A DNA stretch of 64,000 nucleotides from Marsupella aquatica. Taxonomy: Eukaryota > Plantae > Marchantiophyta. Under the pieces are notes generated by a model. That model had not been told where the DNA came from, ran no database searches, and saw nothing but the letters and a program-made list of their open reading frames with translations. A program made the position numbers and the translations under genes. This document shows positions 1 through 12,960 of the stretch, in pieces. The stretch covers positions 4,591,241 to 4,655,240 of the forward strand of contig OZ316899.1 in NCBI GenBank assembly GCA_973895155.1, in the 5' to 3' direction. How positions within the stretch are numbered: position 1 is the stretch's first letter; each line of letters starts with the position of its first letter.

Positions 1-265
1 AACCATCTAATTACATTCTCCGTAGGGGTCACCCTTTCCCAAAAGGCTGTCTTTTCCCAAACACCCAGACTCAAATCAACTGGATCGAAGGGGAGCTCAT
101 CAGTTTGGATAGTGTCCCCCGCACAAGCCACTGCAGCTAGATCTCTACCTAGTGAATAAAAATGAGTCATGGCAATATGACTGAATTGGGGTAGAACGAG
201 GAGGTCTACAAAGCTCATCCACTCGTTGGTTACTATAGGATGGGAGGTGTAGTAAGGATTGAAAA

Positions 266-3161
266 TCACACTCGTCCCATTTCTCTCTCGTTGTGCCATC
301 CGACCGTTTGGAGGAAAGTAACTAGGCGGGGCAGAATATACTTTCCACAGTTGGTGTGCATTTCTCTTGCCGCCCAGGACTTCATCACTACTTCTACTAA
401 ATCAAAGACTTTCCTATGTACTGCCAAACTATAGAACCAATGGAGTTTCCGCGCCGGACAGTCGAGATGCATAGTATCTGCATTTGCCATGAGGGCCACA
501 TAATGGGGGTGGCCAGCGTGCTCCCGCTCCAGTTTGGACAGTGAGATTTGCGTGACTCTGCTGTTGGCCCTTCCTCCCAATCTAAAATACAAGTCTGTGG
601 GTTGGGTGAACCCAATGGCTCCCGACCATTCAAAGAATGGAAGCATAAATCTGATCCGGACCGGGATATCGTACCAAATCCGGTCGCAGTCGTCCGGACA
701 AATAGCCCTCTTGTTAATCCCTGTTGCGGCCAAAATAACACGGAGGGTTTCCAACCCCATAGCTCCATCAACTTCAATAGCATTTTGAGATGCTATCTTC
801 TGCCCCGTGAATAGTTTCCACGAGTTTACACTCACCTTCTTGAATTGTTCCAGCCTCCTCTTGTGCACCAAATCTGCCAGTGCATCCTTCAATAACTTAG
901 CTGTCGTGGCAGCCACATGCTGCAGGCTCTGCACTTCTAGGTCCCAGGCCTTGTAAGTGTCCATCAAAATCCGGACCACCTTACTGCATTGTTGGACGAG
1001 CTTCTTACGTGCTACTTCCTATAGCCATCTCTTCCTCTCCTTTTCTCTTCTTCCTCCTTCTTCTTCCAACGCAGCAACGTATGCCTGCTTCTCCTCTAAT
1101 TGTCCTTGTAGCTCCTGATTCACTCTCCTTACTTCTTGGAGCTTCTCCTCACACTCCAAAGCCCCTAGTCTGGCTGACGCCTCTTTCTCTACGAGCTCTT
1201 CCGTTCTTTTCCCCTGCGCCGTCAGCTGGTCGAACAGCCGGAGTGCCAATTTTTCTCCTTCCCCTACTCTCTGTTCCAACTCTTCAATTACCCTTTGCAG
1301 CTCATCGGCCTTCTGTTGGGACACAAAACTGCACTTTGCATGCTGGGTGGTTACCTCCTCTTACTCCTCTTTGGCGGTCGACAAGAGGTGACTCCATTCT
1401 TCCTTCTTGTCAACCAACAGCTCCTGCAGCTTCTTTCTCTCCTTCTGGGCCTTTCCTAACTTGACCTTTAGGGCCTGTGTCCCAACCTTCTCCGTCCGGA
1501 CCGCCTCTCGGGCCTGTTGTAGGGTTGTGGTTGTTTCCTCATTTTTCTCCCTCGCTTTGTCGAGCAATCCCTCTGAGTCCTCCAGCTATTTCAATGCGAG
1601 CTTGTTAGATTTGGATTTCTTATGTACCTTTATATATGAGGAGTCGCTCAACCTTCTCTTCTGCTACCCTCAGCCTCTCCATGTCCCGCATCTTGCCTTC
1701 AGATTCCAAGATTGCCATCCTCGCCATTGCCTTGCTCTCCTTCAAATCCCTCAACTAGTAACGTAGATCCCTGGTGTTGGGAATTGGCTTCCCACTTCCC
1801 TATGAATGCCAGATGTTGGGTGGGAGTCCTCAACTCTACCAGATTGGTGGTATCCGGAAGTTTGGACAGCGTGGGTTGTTGGAAGGTGGCATTCCTTCCT
1901 TCTTCTTCTTCTTCATCTTTGTCTTCATTTTCCTCCGGGAGGGTTACTGCCCTCCGTTTCCTTTTGAGGCTCTTGTGACATTGCTCGGCCTGCTCACTCA
2001 GGTTTCGTAGGCTTTTGCTCCTCCCTCACTCTCTGCATCTGAGTTTTGAGGTGCTTCGCCCTCCTCTTCCTCCTCGTCAGTCTCAAAATCCTCTTCATTG
2101 TATTCCGGTGGATCCACATTAACATTAGCTATGGATCCCAACTCCGCCCTTACTGGTACTATCTCCTGGGCTTCTTCTTGATCTTTTGACTCTGATTCTC
2201 CTGAGTTTGAATTGTCCGGTGGAGCTCTACTAACCGTCTCCAGGATCTCAAAAACATTGTGTACTACAACTCCTAGTTGATACGCTAATAGTGATGTGAA
2301 CTTCGGACAGCCCTTCGCATTGATCACAGCTGATACACTTGCCTTCCATAGTTGAAGCGGATGGAGGGATCCCACAAATAGGGCCCTTGCAATGGCAATT
2401 CTTGGTAGTGTGGCATGATGGTACCCGCTCTTAACCATCACCCACTTGGTGCAAAACTCTATGAAGTTGCAATACTCCTTCTGCTGGATGGCACCAGACT
2501 GTATATTTCCCTGAGCTTCTTGCAATAGGCGAAGGTCCGGATATATCGCCTGTTGCAAGAAGCTCGCTATGCCTGATTCCTCCAGGGGGTCTACTTGGTA
2601 CGTGAGAGGCAACCCTCCTACCCTAGGAAGATCGAACATTGCACAGAGTTTTGGTTGGAGAAAGTATAAGTCTTTTCCCAGTACGTAATAAACATCCCCT
2701 CTGGTGACACTGTTAGCTTAGTGATTCGTGAACAGATTTCTCCTCCTTGAGATGTTGATAGATAGCGGTCCATTCGGACCAGGCCGTAAATCCTGGCTCT
2801 GTCAAGTAGTGGTCAACTTTCCTTGATATGTTGGACCTCTGTAATGGAGTTGCGGATCTTCTCTTTGGCCGATAGGGCTCCCTTCTTGTTCTTGGCCGGG
2901 GGAACCTCTGTTCTTTGTGCTCTTGCCGCTTCCATTTTTGCTCAATGTAAGTGAGGAGTGAGTGGATGATGCGGATGATCGCCAAGTGCTCTTGTAAGAG
3001 GGAGGGGTGGTTTGTCGAGCGTTTTGATGCATTATGGGACAAGAACTAGCCCGCCCCTTTGCCTTAAGCTCAAATGTGGTGCCTCTTTGGTTCGCAGACG
3101 TCCAGACGAATGGGACGGTTGTTGTCTCGTAATCGTGAAGTGCCTTGGTCAAGCGGCCCAA
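266..3161 (-). pseudogene. Interrupted retroelement-type extra ORF (PMD/Transposase_32-like N-region, acidic linker, coiled coil, unknown C-terminal domain)
   Basis: Collinear minus-strand ORF pieces 2713-3042, 1998-2639, 1361-1567, 1019-1324 and 266-979. Reading through the stop at 2713 gives YYVLGKDLYFLQPKLCAMFDLP, similar to LLYGKVFKLTPALIEAVFALP in the 55.7 kb ORF. Followed by EEDFETDEEEEE and E/K/Q-rich heptad segments. The family assignment is inference. Confidence 0.45.
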
Positions 3162-3370
3162 TTCTGACGATCCTAATCATGGCGTTATTTTGGTGGCGCA
3201 CATAATTGTCCCCTTTGCTCATGACTTGGTAAAGGTACGGTACCTATTGTGGCTGTGTACGTAGCTTCCTCTTCCTTTGTTGACGGCGGTATCTTAAGTA
3301 CATATTATGGCTATCCTAACTGTATTATGGTAATAACTAGCCCCATGCCCGTGCATTGCACAAAAGACAT

Positions 3371-3985
3371 CGAGTGAGGGCAAGATTTTGAGTGAGAGCA
3401 AGACTTTGAGTGAGGGCAAGATGCCGAGGTGAGAGCAAGATGCCGAGGTGAGGGCAAGATTTGGAGGTGAGGGAAAGATGTCGAGGTGAGGGCAAGATTT
3501 GGAAGTGAGGGCAAGATTTCAAGTGAGGGCAAGATGTCAACGTGAGGGCAAGATTTGGAGATGAGGGAACGATGTCAAGGTGAGGGAAAGATGTCGAGGT
3601 GAGGGACAGATGTCGAGGTGAGGGCAAGATTTGGAAGTGAGGGCAAGATTTCAAGTGAGGGCAAGATGTCAACGTGAGGGCAAGATTTGGAGATGAGGGA
3701 AAGATGTCAAGGTGAGGGAAAGATGTCGAGGTGAGGGAAAGATGTCGAGGTGAGGGCAAGATTTGGAAGTGAGGGCAAGATTTCAAGTGAGGGCAAGATG
3801 TCAACGTGAGGGCAAGATTTGGAGATGAGGGCAAGATTTCAAGTGAAGGCAAGATGTTGAGGTGAGGGCAAGATTTGGAGATGAGGGGCAAGATGTCAAA
3901 GTGAGAGCAAGATGTCGAGATGAGAGCAAGATGTCAAGATGAGAGCAACATGTGGAGGTGAAGGTAAGATTTTTGAGGCGAGGCA
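3371..3985. repeat. Minisatellite of 18-19 bp monomers (TGAGGGCAAGATNTNNAGG) with a ~132 bp higher-order unit, just inside the Helitron 3' end
   Basis: Direct inspection. The spurious ORF 3337-3891 repeats a 44-aa (132 nt) unit, SSPNLALTLTSCPHLKSCPHFQILPSPRHLSLTSTSFPHLDIFP, about three times. Confidence 0.95.
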
Positions 3986-4104
3986 AACATGGTTGTGCAT
4001 TGCAAACTATATTTCAGGCAAAAAGTCAAAGAGATTAATACAAAAGTGATACAATCTTTATTTAGGTGTTCAATAAAGAACCTCATCATATACAACATTT
4101 TTTG

Positions 4105-7100
4105 TCAACTTTGCTTGACCTCCTCAGAATCTGAAAGTAAAACCTTGATAGTTGTAGGTGATGTTGCCCTTGAGAATGCTAAATACAATTGTAAATGACT
4201 AAATACAGGCTTTGAAAGTTTCAACCCTACATGTTCTAAAGTCTGACCTTGAGCCTTGTTTATGGTCATTGCATATGCCACTCGAACAGGAAATTGGACC
4301 CTACGTAATAAAAAAGGAAGTGACTCATCAGACGTCAACGGAATCCGTGGGATGTATGTAAGGGTCCCTGCATGTTTTCCTACAAGAACACGTGCCTCAA
4401 TGACACGACGATTCATTGCTCTCACAATTAGCCGAGTACCATTGCACAACCCCAAAGAGTGATCTATATTCCTAAATAAAATGATAGGGCATCCAACCTT
4501 CAGTACCAGCTTATGAGGCGGCAGACCACTCCAGGTGAGTGTATTCAAGAACTCTATAGGGTAGAAATTCTCCCCTTCAAGCTGATCTGGACGATCTATG
4601 CTAAAAAACTCACTTGATTCCCCGGGAAGTCCTTCTAAGATAGAGTCGTTAATTTTTAGTGCCTCATCATTTGTTGGTGCCAGGATAGTTCTCTCACTTA
4701 AGAACCTATCATCCACATTAGCAAGAGTTGGGTATATTGCCTGAATCAATGATTCCACTCGTCCCCCATCCACCACCATAGACTCAGGGCAAGTAATAAG
4801 ATTATTTGAAGGCCCTCCTTTTGGGAGTTTATCATCGCCCAATTGTAGTAGCCACTCCGCAAATGTAACATTACCAAATTCAAGAGAGGCATTAGTTCCT
4901 CTTGCCCGCATATTTTCAGTTAGCTTCAAAGTCCGTATACTACTCCACACATAAGACTTCTTCAAACACGACCCCACAATCTCCGGACTTGCCTTCACTA
5001 GAAGCACTTGTCAAAAACCACCTGCAAATACAACTACAACCCCTCCAAAGATTTGGTCGTTATCTCGTATGTCACGTAAAGTTCTATCCAATGCCTCCAC
5101 TCCATGCCGATGGATCATGGGTGCTTCATCCCACAAAATAAAAGTTGCCCTCCGCAATAATCTAGCAAGGTCAGATTGTTTTTGGATGCCGCATGTTGAT
5201 GTCAAGATTGGTTTCAATGGTAGCTTGAATCTTGAGTGTGCGGTGCGACCTCCATCTAACAAAAGACTTGCAATACCCGAGGAAGCTACGGCCAATGCAA
5301 TGTCCCCATCTGCACGGACTCTCCAAAGTAGAACATTCTCCACAAATGTTTTGCCCGTCCCCCCCGATCCATCAATAAAGAATGTTGATCCATCTCGAGC
5401 CCTCACCGCTGCAATTATTGTAGTGTACGTTGCCCTTTGACCCTCGTTCAACAACGGCTCCTGCTCTTATCAACCGGTTTCTATTTTCTTCCTCTTGGAA
5501 AAACTCCATACCTGGTTCTGGAAGACCAAACTCTAGCAATGTTATACCCACACTTTTCAAAGCCTCATCCATCAAATGTAGAGCAAAGCTGTGTTGCTGC
5601 TGCTCCATAGAATCTAAGAAGCCCATTGATTGCAAATGATACCTACAATCATCACTCAAATTGGATGCATGTTGTGTGCACAGGGCGCACGGCTTGGAAA
5701 ACTCTCCAAACAACAATATTGTGATAAATAGTTGCCAAATTTGCGCACTGGTGTGCATGCTTGCTGCTTCTTGAAGCCATCTATCCCACTCCTCATCGTT
5801 CTCATACAAACCCCGGGCAAGAGCGGCGGCCTGAAAGGTTGGGTATACATTGCCCTCAAATGTGCGAAGGTTGATGAATGATGTTGCACCTTTGATGTGA
5901 AGAAGAAGCGCCCTCAAGTAGTACCGTTCACCCGCCGCTGGTGGCACAAAATATATCCTACCAATGCTAAACCCTCTTCTTCGTGGGTTCCATGCACGGG
6001 AGGATGCATCCCACACAAACTCATTGGGGAAATTGTTGTAGAAAAGTTGTTTCGCACGTTCATGTAATATGTTAGCTCTGAACCACCCTGTGAGGGTTGT
6101 GTCCCTATGAGATTCTCGTTGGACCACATCATTGATCTCAGAATCCTCATTGAACATTACCAATTGTTCCCCCTCATAATGCACTTGCAACCTTTGGACT
6201 GAAGTAGTACTCTCAGACATTTCAAACTGATTGATGTGCCATACTCTTTCAGCAACAGACACATATCTGGCATCTAAATGTTCCTTTACTTCGTCTCGTT
6301 GCTCAACCTCCACCGTTGCTTTATCGTGCCCTTTATAACAGTACTTATATAAATACTTGATTTCTTTAATTGAAGAACAAATCTCCACATTGATATGAGC
6401 ATTAAATATCATGCTCAAATATGGACTATGAGGAACAACCCACCTATTGTCAAACTTAAATGTGCTTCAATCTTTTGATAAACTACGGCCATCGTCCCGA
6501 CGTCAATACATAGGATACCCATCATCTCCAAAAACTGTTTTGGATGAAAATGATTGCGGATAGCCCTTGCTGCACTGTCCGTCGACCATGCAAGGTGAGT
6601 TTGGATACCCGCAACCGCATGGACCATGGACTTCTTAATAGTCTGATATAATTGGGGATATACTCGTGCATCCGGTATCTCTGCCGAAACCAATTTGTCA
6701 ACCAACTCCGGGGTGCGCAACTTATGTCGTTCCACCAATATTATCAGTATGTGGGCGTGCGGCAAACCCCTCTTCTTAAATTTGATGACATACATAAATC
6801 AATAGGTCTACCTAATACCCTTGCCTAAATGTCCGCCAACAGGGCCTTCAACTTAAGTTTGAACACTCTTGCCATAATGTCATCGCGGTCGGCCGGGGTC
6901 TGGTAGGGGTAGCACTCCGCTCTGATTTCAGGCCATTCAGGATTGCACGTAAAAGTTATGAAAAGGTCTGGAGGCCCATACGTTCGAACAACCGCCATGG
7001 CATCTTGATAGGCCTGCATCATATGCTGTGCACTACCTCCATAGGTTGATGGTAGAATATAGGTCCTACCCACATCACTTGCTCGTGCGTCCTCATTTTG

Positions 7101-9280
7101 AACTGCATCTTGTAGCCCTTGATACAACTCGGTCCTTAGCTTCTTCTGATTATTACGAATGTAGGTGAGTCATGTTTGATCAATACATGCATAAGCATCC
7201 ACAATGTATTGCTTGAGAAATCATCCTCCACGAAGCAACCAATCATCTCCCCACCTTGCATGTAACCTATACGCATAGTACTGAAGTTAGGTCACCTTCT
7301 TAGAACCATTTTGTCCACCCCTTGCTCCTACTTCAACAGCCACAATAATTCCATCTTGGAATTCATGGCCTGCCAATGGGATGTCATAAGACCACCCATC
7401 TTGTCCATGAGGAAAAAGCAAAACATAATGGAGGGGAGCATACAACCAATGCCACTCACAAATCCTTTGTAGGCCACCATTCCTCTTCCTTAGGATTATG
7501 TCCCTACCACGTGTTTCAATATCTTCCTCTCCCACCATAATCACGCCAATTTCATTTGTGGTAGGCTTATTATAGCGCCTAGGGTCAGTATCTCACTCCG
7601 CTATAATACATAGCGATACCTCTGCCACCTCAGTGCCATCGATGCGGCTCCCCGTATTTTTGAAGAGCCCCATATATGGATTGTACGTATGCAGTATGTC
7701 TTGCAGTAAAGCTAACACAACATGATCCAATTGTGGCATCCTATTCATCCTACAACCCAAGAAAAAACCATGAGACACAACTTACTTGAAACATAGTTAC
7801 TTAGAATATTAAAGGAAAAACCTTTCAAGAATGTTGCACATATTACTTATTTACCCGTTTCCCAACTCATTTTCTATATCATGAATATACAGTTGAGCAA
7901 ATTTTGGTCCTTCTCCATCAGGCGACAAGAGGCTACCGACACGATGATATAATGCTCCTTGGATACGAAAGGAATATGGGCCTTGATTACCACCCCTTTC
8001 ATAAATTTTAACACCTAGGGACGTAAATGCCAATGCATTATTGTAGCCTCGAAGATTCTTTCGGAATGCTGTAGCTACGGCATTGGTACCAATCAACAAA
8101 CTCCGTAGAGGTTCAGGGGGATCACCAAGTTCAGACAATACCACCTTCCCTCCGGCGCAGCATATGGTAAAGAACGGGTTGACTTGCACTCTTTGATCCA
8201 ATGAAGCGCTTTGCATTGTGGGCATTCAATGTTCATGCGCCCCAAAAGATGTCGACCCATTGAAGGGTCCAACGGTTGTCTTGCCTTCGGTAACCATTGG
8301 ATCTGTTCCAGTCTTTGGCGCTCCTGCAAAACAACATGTGGATTGGGTTGAGCTGGAGTATCCGGCGCAAGATTTTTGCCTCCCATTTCCTCTTGGAGCA
8401 TATGCTCAATTTCCTCTTCTCCATCTTTGTTTGACAAATCCAAGGTGCCCTCAACAAACGTGTCAAATTGATCACCCCCATCATCGAGGATCGGATTTGG
8501 CCCCTCGTGAAGAGCACCATGAATGAGCCAATCTTCATCAAAGATGTCAGGGTCGGACTGTTCATTGTTTGGTATGGATTCATAGGGCGGGGGCTGAGCC
8601 ATAAAGGCAACCCCATCTTGTACAGCGCCATCAATGAGCCAATCCTCTTCAAAAACGTCCAGTTGTTGTGACCCATTGTTGGTTATGGGCTCGCACAGTG
8701 GGCCAATGGCAAAATCCTCTGAAGGCTGGTCAACCCCACATGCATCCAAGGCACCATCAATTAGCCAACCTTCACCAAACATGGGAGAGTTAGATAATCC
8801 ATTCACAGGATCTTGGCTAGTACCAATAGCGATGGATCTGGCCGATGCCTGTTGAGCAGCCCTTGCTTCACGACGAAGTTGCCTTCCACTATTTGTGCGT
8901 GCAGATGCCAAAGTTGGTCCCCAAGTTGGTCCTGTACTTGCCCCCTCAAAGGAGGCCAATGATGTTGCTAGTGCCCGCCGTAGTGCCCTTGCTTCGTGCC
9001 GTAGTTGTTGACCACTAACTGTGCGGGCAGACACCACACTTGGTGCAGCACTTGTGGCACTTGGTTCTAGTACCAAAAGTATCACACTTGGTGGAATACT
9101 TGCTACCGCGACCAAAGGTCCCACAGTTGGTGTGGAAGTTGGTTGTGGCATAGTACAAATTTCAGCCCTCTCTTGTAGCCGTCGCTCAGCATATCGTTGG
9201 CGATGCCTTGCATTTGTGACTGCCCTATTCTGGGCACGCCACTCCCGATCATCTTCCAGTCTCTTGCGTGGGGTCCTCAT
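4105..9280 (-). pseudogene. Helitron RepHel (Zn finger, HUH Rep, PIF1 helicase), with stops, frameshifts and an intron
   Basis: Motifs MNIECPQCKALHW, ICCAGGKV, FRKNLRGYNNALAFTSLG, YQDAMAVVRTYGPPDLFITFTCNPEWPEI, KRGLPHAHIL (HUH), YLYKYCYKGHD, FFIDGSGGTGKTF (Walker A), WDEAPM, QFPVRVAYAMTINKAQGQTL and QLYLAFSRA. Confidence 0.95.
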
Positions 9281-9929
9281 GGTCCAGGTTCTCTCTTAAA
9301 CCCCGTCATTGTTTGCATCCAACCCACAAAACCTATGAGAATTTTGTATGCACCCGCAATTAAGCTAACAGACCCCTAACTATGTTGAACGCTGGTTGGG
9401 CCACACCTTTGCAAGAGACCTAAGACATGTGAGGAGACCCAATATCTGTGAAATATATCGCCTACCGCAGTCCCTTGTCTTGCCCTCCCAACCTTTGTGG
9501 CGACCATCCTGCTTCCAGGACGTCTCTTGCCCCTATGGTATCCACTTAGCAGGCATTGGCTGATGCAAGCACCACAAAATGATCACAATGCCTGTGTCCC
9601 ATTTTGCCCCCGGATCATCCAAAAAAGAAGGGCCAAAAATAGTGGGGGTCACCCAAAAATATTAGAGGGGCAAATTTCTGATGGCAGCCACATCCCATGG
9701 TGATCGCCCCCAGACCACCCAAAAAAGTAGAGGTCCCACAAATTCCTATGTCAGCCACCCCATGCGGATCCCTCAAAAAATCTGCCCCCCAAAATTGCCG
9801 ACACAATCACAAACCCATTTTTGTGGTCCTCACCCCTTCCCCGGGCCATCACCATTAATAGGATGTGCTTTGGCCGTTTCCATGTTTGGCCGGGTCCCAT
9901 ACCGCCCCGGGGTGTGGTCGTCGTTTTCC

Positions 9930-10065
9930 ATTTTCTGGCAGGTTCCCATATGCTCCCATGATCTGTCCGTTTTCCATTGTGTGTCCATTTTTGCTCACCG
10001 TGGTCTGGCCGTTTTCCATTGTGGGTCTGTTTTCGCTCACCGTGGTCTGGCCGTTTTTGCTCAAC
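9930..10065. repeat. Short imperfect direct repeats (~45 bp, CCGTTTTCCATTGTG...GCTCACCGTGGTCTGG)
   Basis: Two to three copies visible upstream of RepHel. Confidence 0.7.
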
Positions 10066-10429
10066 TCTTATAGTCAAGTCCCCTTATATATACTTCTGGG
10101 GTGCTGCCACCCCTGGACCACTTCTTGCCACGTATTTTTGGCCTCCAGCCCAAAAATACTCGAGCATGAACACAACTCAAGCCACTATCGATGCCAAGGT
10201 ACACTTGACGATGCGCCGCGCCGCACCTGGACTAATTTATGCGCAAGAATGGAGGGCGTGCGCAAGTAGTTACCGTGTGAGTCCAGGCTTGGGTGCAATG
10301 GCAACGCAATGTTAGGTCCCGAGAGGGTGTCGATCTTGTTGACAGCGTCAGGTCCCGAGAGGGTGTCGGGCAGTCTGCCTGGCAACATCAGGCCTAGGTG
10401 AGAGTCAACCTCGCGAGGCAAGCGAGAGG

Positions 10430-10960
10430 GAAGGGAAGGCAAGGCATGCAAAGGGAGGAGGGGGCGAGGTAGGTGGCGAAAGGAGGAGCAATTGCAGCCT
10501 GCCATTGCAGGCGAGCAAGTGCATGGGGGAGGGGAAGCGCATGGGGAACGGGGAAGGGGTTTTAGGGGCAAGGCAGGTGGCAAAAGGAGGAGCCAGGGCA
10601 GCCTGCCATCGCATGCAAGCGCAGGCATATGGGGAAGGAGAGAGCCGGAGAGGGAGCGCAGGCCACAGCGCAGGCACATGGGGAGGGGGAGAGTCGGATA
10701 GGGAAGGGGGATCGAGAGGCAGGGAGCGCAGGCCAGGGCAGCCTGCCATTGCAGGTGAGCACAGGCGCATGGGGAAGGAGGAAGGGGAGAGCCAGAGAGG
10801 GAGCGTATGCGGAAGGGGTTTTGAAGGGGCAGGGAGTGCAGGCCATCATTCGCCTAGTGGCCATGGGAGGTAGCGCATGGGAGGGGGGAGGAAGCGCACG
10901 CGTATGCAGGAGGGAGCACATTGGGAGCCCTTGGGGAGGGAGCACATCGGGAGCGCATGG
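10430..10960. repeat. G/A-rich imperfect repeats containing GCAGCCTGCCAT(T/C)GCA and GCGCATGGGG(A/G)AGG
   Basis: The GCAGCCTGCCAT core recurs near 10494, 10598 and 10738, each followed by purine-rich tracts. Confidence 0.7.
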
Positions 10961-11419
10961 GGAGGGAGTGCCTCTTTTGCCTGTGGCCCATGAGAAGGAT
11001 TCAAATGGCCATGGAGTCAGGAGCGTATCTCACTAAAACGCCTAGAGTCAAATGCCGCCAACAATGTTGACATGTCCAAGCTATGGTTGGCGACGGCAGG
11101 AGGATTCAAATGGCAAAGTCATCATCCAAGTAAAATGCCTGGAGTAAACTTTTGCAAGTGATGCTAACATGTCCAGCCTGTGGTGGGCGAGGGCAGAAGT
11201 ACGTTTTGAAATAGTGGAGCATAAAACGCCTGGAGTACAGGCGCAGCAAGCAAGGGGCCTTGCAATAGCCTTGCGCGCTTGGACACAATCCTATTCGCGA
11301 TCGAATGGCTCTAAAAAACAGTGAAAGAATCTAACCCACATGGATTACTCCCGCCCACTGCTGATTTCGTAAACAAACAAAGATGAAAAAAGGGCAGCAT
11401 CAGATATTATAGTGTTAGA

Positions 11420-12960
11420 TGGTGCTTTACTAAAAGAGACAAAAAAGATGGGGTCCGCATAAGTATGCCATGTGTATCTGTGGTGAGTCGCTGGAACATT
11501 CTAATGCCTAGGTGGCCCAATCTTTTGTGCCAGATCTCGGTGAGTGTATTTTTATGTGCTTTTGTGTATAAACTGTAAGTTATGGTGACATAAAAGCCAA
11601 TCAAAAAAGCTGGAAGAGTCTCTTTTATTCCAGTATGGGTGGGCGTTTGGGATATGATATACAATACTTCCTGTTTGTCTGAGACACCCGTGTGTATGTG
11701 GAAGCTGTTAGCTCTAATATCTCGGAAGCTAAGTAAGTTTCTAGTTGCCTTTGGTGCATAAATTACAGATTGGATTGGTGTGCCCTGGGGTAAGACAACA
11801 GTGGCGGGTCCATGCCCTTTCTCTATCTGATGTTGGCCCATAATGGTAGTGACCTGCCCGTGGGAAGGCGTGATTTGAGTGAAGTATTCTTGGTTTTGTA
11901 GGAGGTATTCTATAATGCGAGCAAACAAGAATTTTGTTAGCGAGGGGAGTATTGTTAGCGAGACACTTGTGGTTTTACCTTTCTTTTGCTTTTTGCTGCT
12001 TTTCTATTTTTTGGTGTTTTTTATGACTCTAGATGCCTAGCGAGATAGCTAGCAAAAAAAGGAGTCCCCAAAATGGATGTTATCAACAAGTTTCTTGTTA
12101 GCAAGGCAATTGCATATAGAAAATTAGGGGTCTTGTGAGGAATTTTTTTTCTCATGCGAGGAAAATTTCTACTGTTTCCTCGCACGCTATAATGACCCAT
12201 TTTGTAGTATGGAGTGGGATGTGGCGCTGTCAACTATGCAGTAGTGGGGGTCATCCAATGGTGAATGAACAAAAGGGGGTATCACCACATGTATTTCAGG
12301 TAGGATTTCAGCAGAGTCTGTGAAAGTACCATATATGTTTCAGATTTGTTTGAATTTAAGCTTTTCTTGTAAATTGCAACAAGATGTGTTGGTGCTCTAC
12401 ACGTCTTCTTTATGTGCCCCTTAGTGTGGGTATAGCCGCGGAGACAGGAAACAGGCAAACAAGAAATTTGTTTCATGTTTCTAATATGCTGTTACTAGGA
12501 AAAAATAGCTTGTACCAGGGGGAAAAAACACATGTATCATGAGTTTGTTAATTATTTATAAGCGTAGAATTGTAAATTTTGGGAGTAGTCCATTGCGGTT
12601 GAAAAGTTATGGAGGATACATTGTCATCAATTGTTGAGATGTAAACAAACATTCGGGGAAGTTGGCCTCAAATAATAGTTGAATATGAAATGATTGTGTT
12701 AATGTATCAATTATTTGCCATGTTTCTCAGTGTCAAACTTGAAGCACAAAATAATAGAACCTCATATCCCAGAAAAAAGAAGGGGTGCATTCATACAAAT
12801 GCCAAGGAATGCGCACAAACATGGTACGTCCCACCACAATTGAGAACAAAATATATGAAAATAACACAATATGAACCCAGGACAAACATTTATCGTATTA
12901 TATGCTCCAAAATAAAAGTGAAAAATTTCTTGACTAGCTTCTGGCACTAGTTAACCAATA
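11420..12960 (-). mobile_element. Ty1/copia fragment, Bianca-like (gag zinc knuckle, protease region, GAG-pre-integrase)
   Basis: GHIKKTCRAPTHLVAIYKKSL (12340-12420), YAPKATRNLLSFRDIRANSFHIHT and WHKRLGHLG (11407-11928). RNLLSFxDIRxN and CRxPxHLV are characteristic of the Bianca lineage. Confidence 0.75.

Larger units (their letters stand above)
3337..11419 (-). mobile_element. Helitron (autonomous-type, degenerate); 3' end firm, 5' end tentative
   Basis: Minus-strand 3' end reads GTGCAATGCAC hairpin ...GGGCATGGGG CTAG|T, with CTAG at 3337-3340. RepHel coding lies inside. The candidate 5' end A|TCTAACACTATAATA is at 11419 and is less certain. Confidence 0.85.

Noticed and set aside
3371-3985. 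CRISPR-like array or 184-aa repeat protein (ORF 3337-3891)
   Set aside because: The monomers abut with no unique spacers, there are no cas genes, and the context is eukaryotic. The ORF is a by-product of the repeat.
10185-11036. Several overlapping P/G/A-rich ORFs on both strands
   Set aside because: They arise from GC-rich imperfect repeats with few stops; no domain motifs.
3336-11420. Helitron as a clean insertion into the Bianca integrase region
   Set aside because: Joining 11420 to 3336 gives KHHYYHNTVRIAIICT*, which does not continue the expected integrase zinc finger. The 5' end or the flank relationship is therefore unproven.
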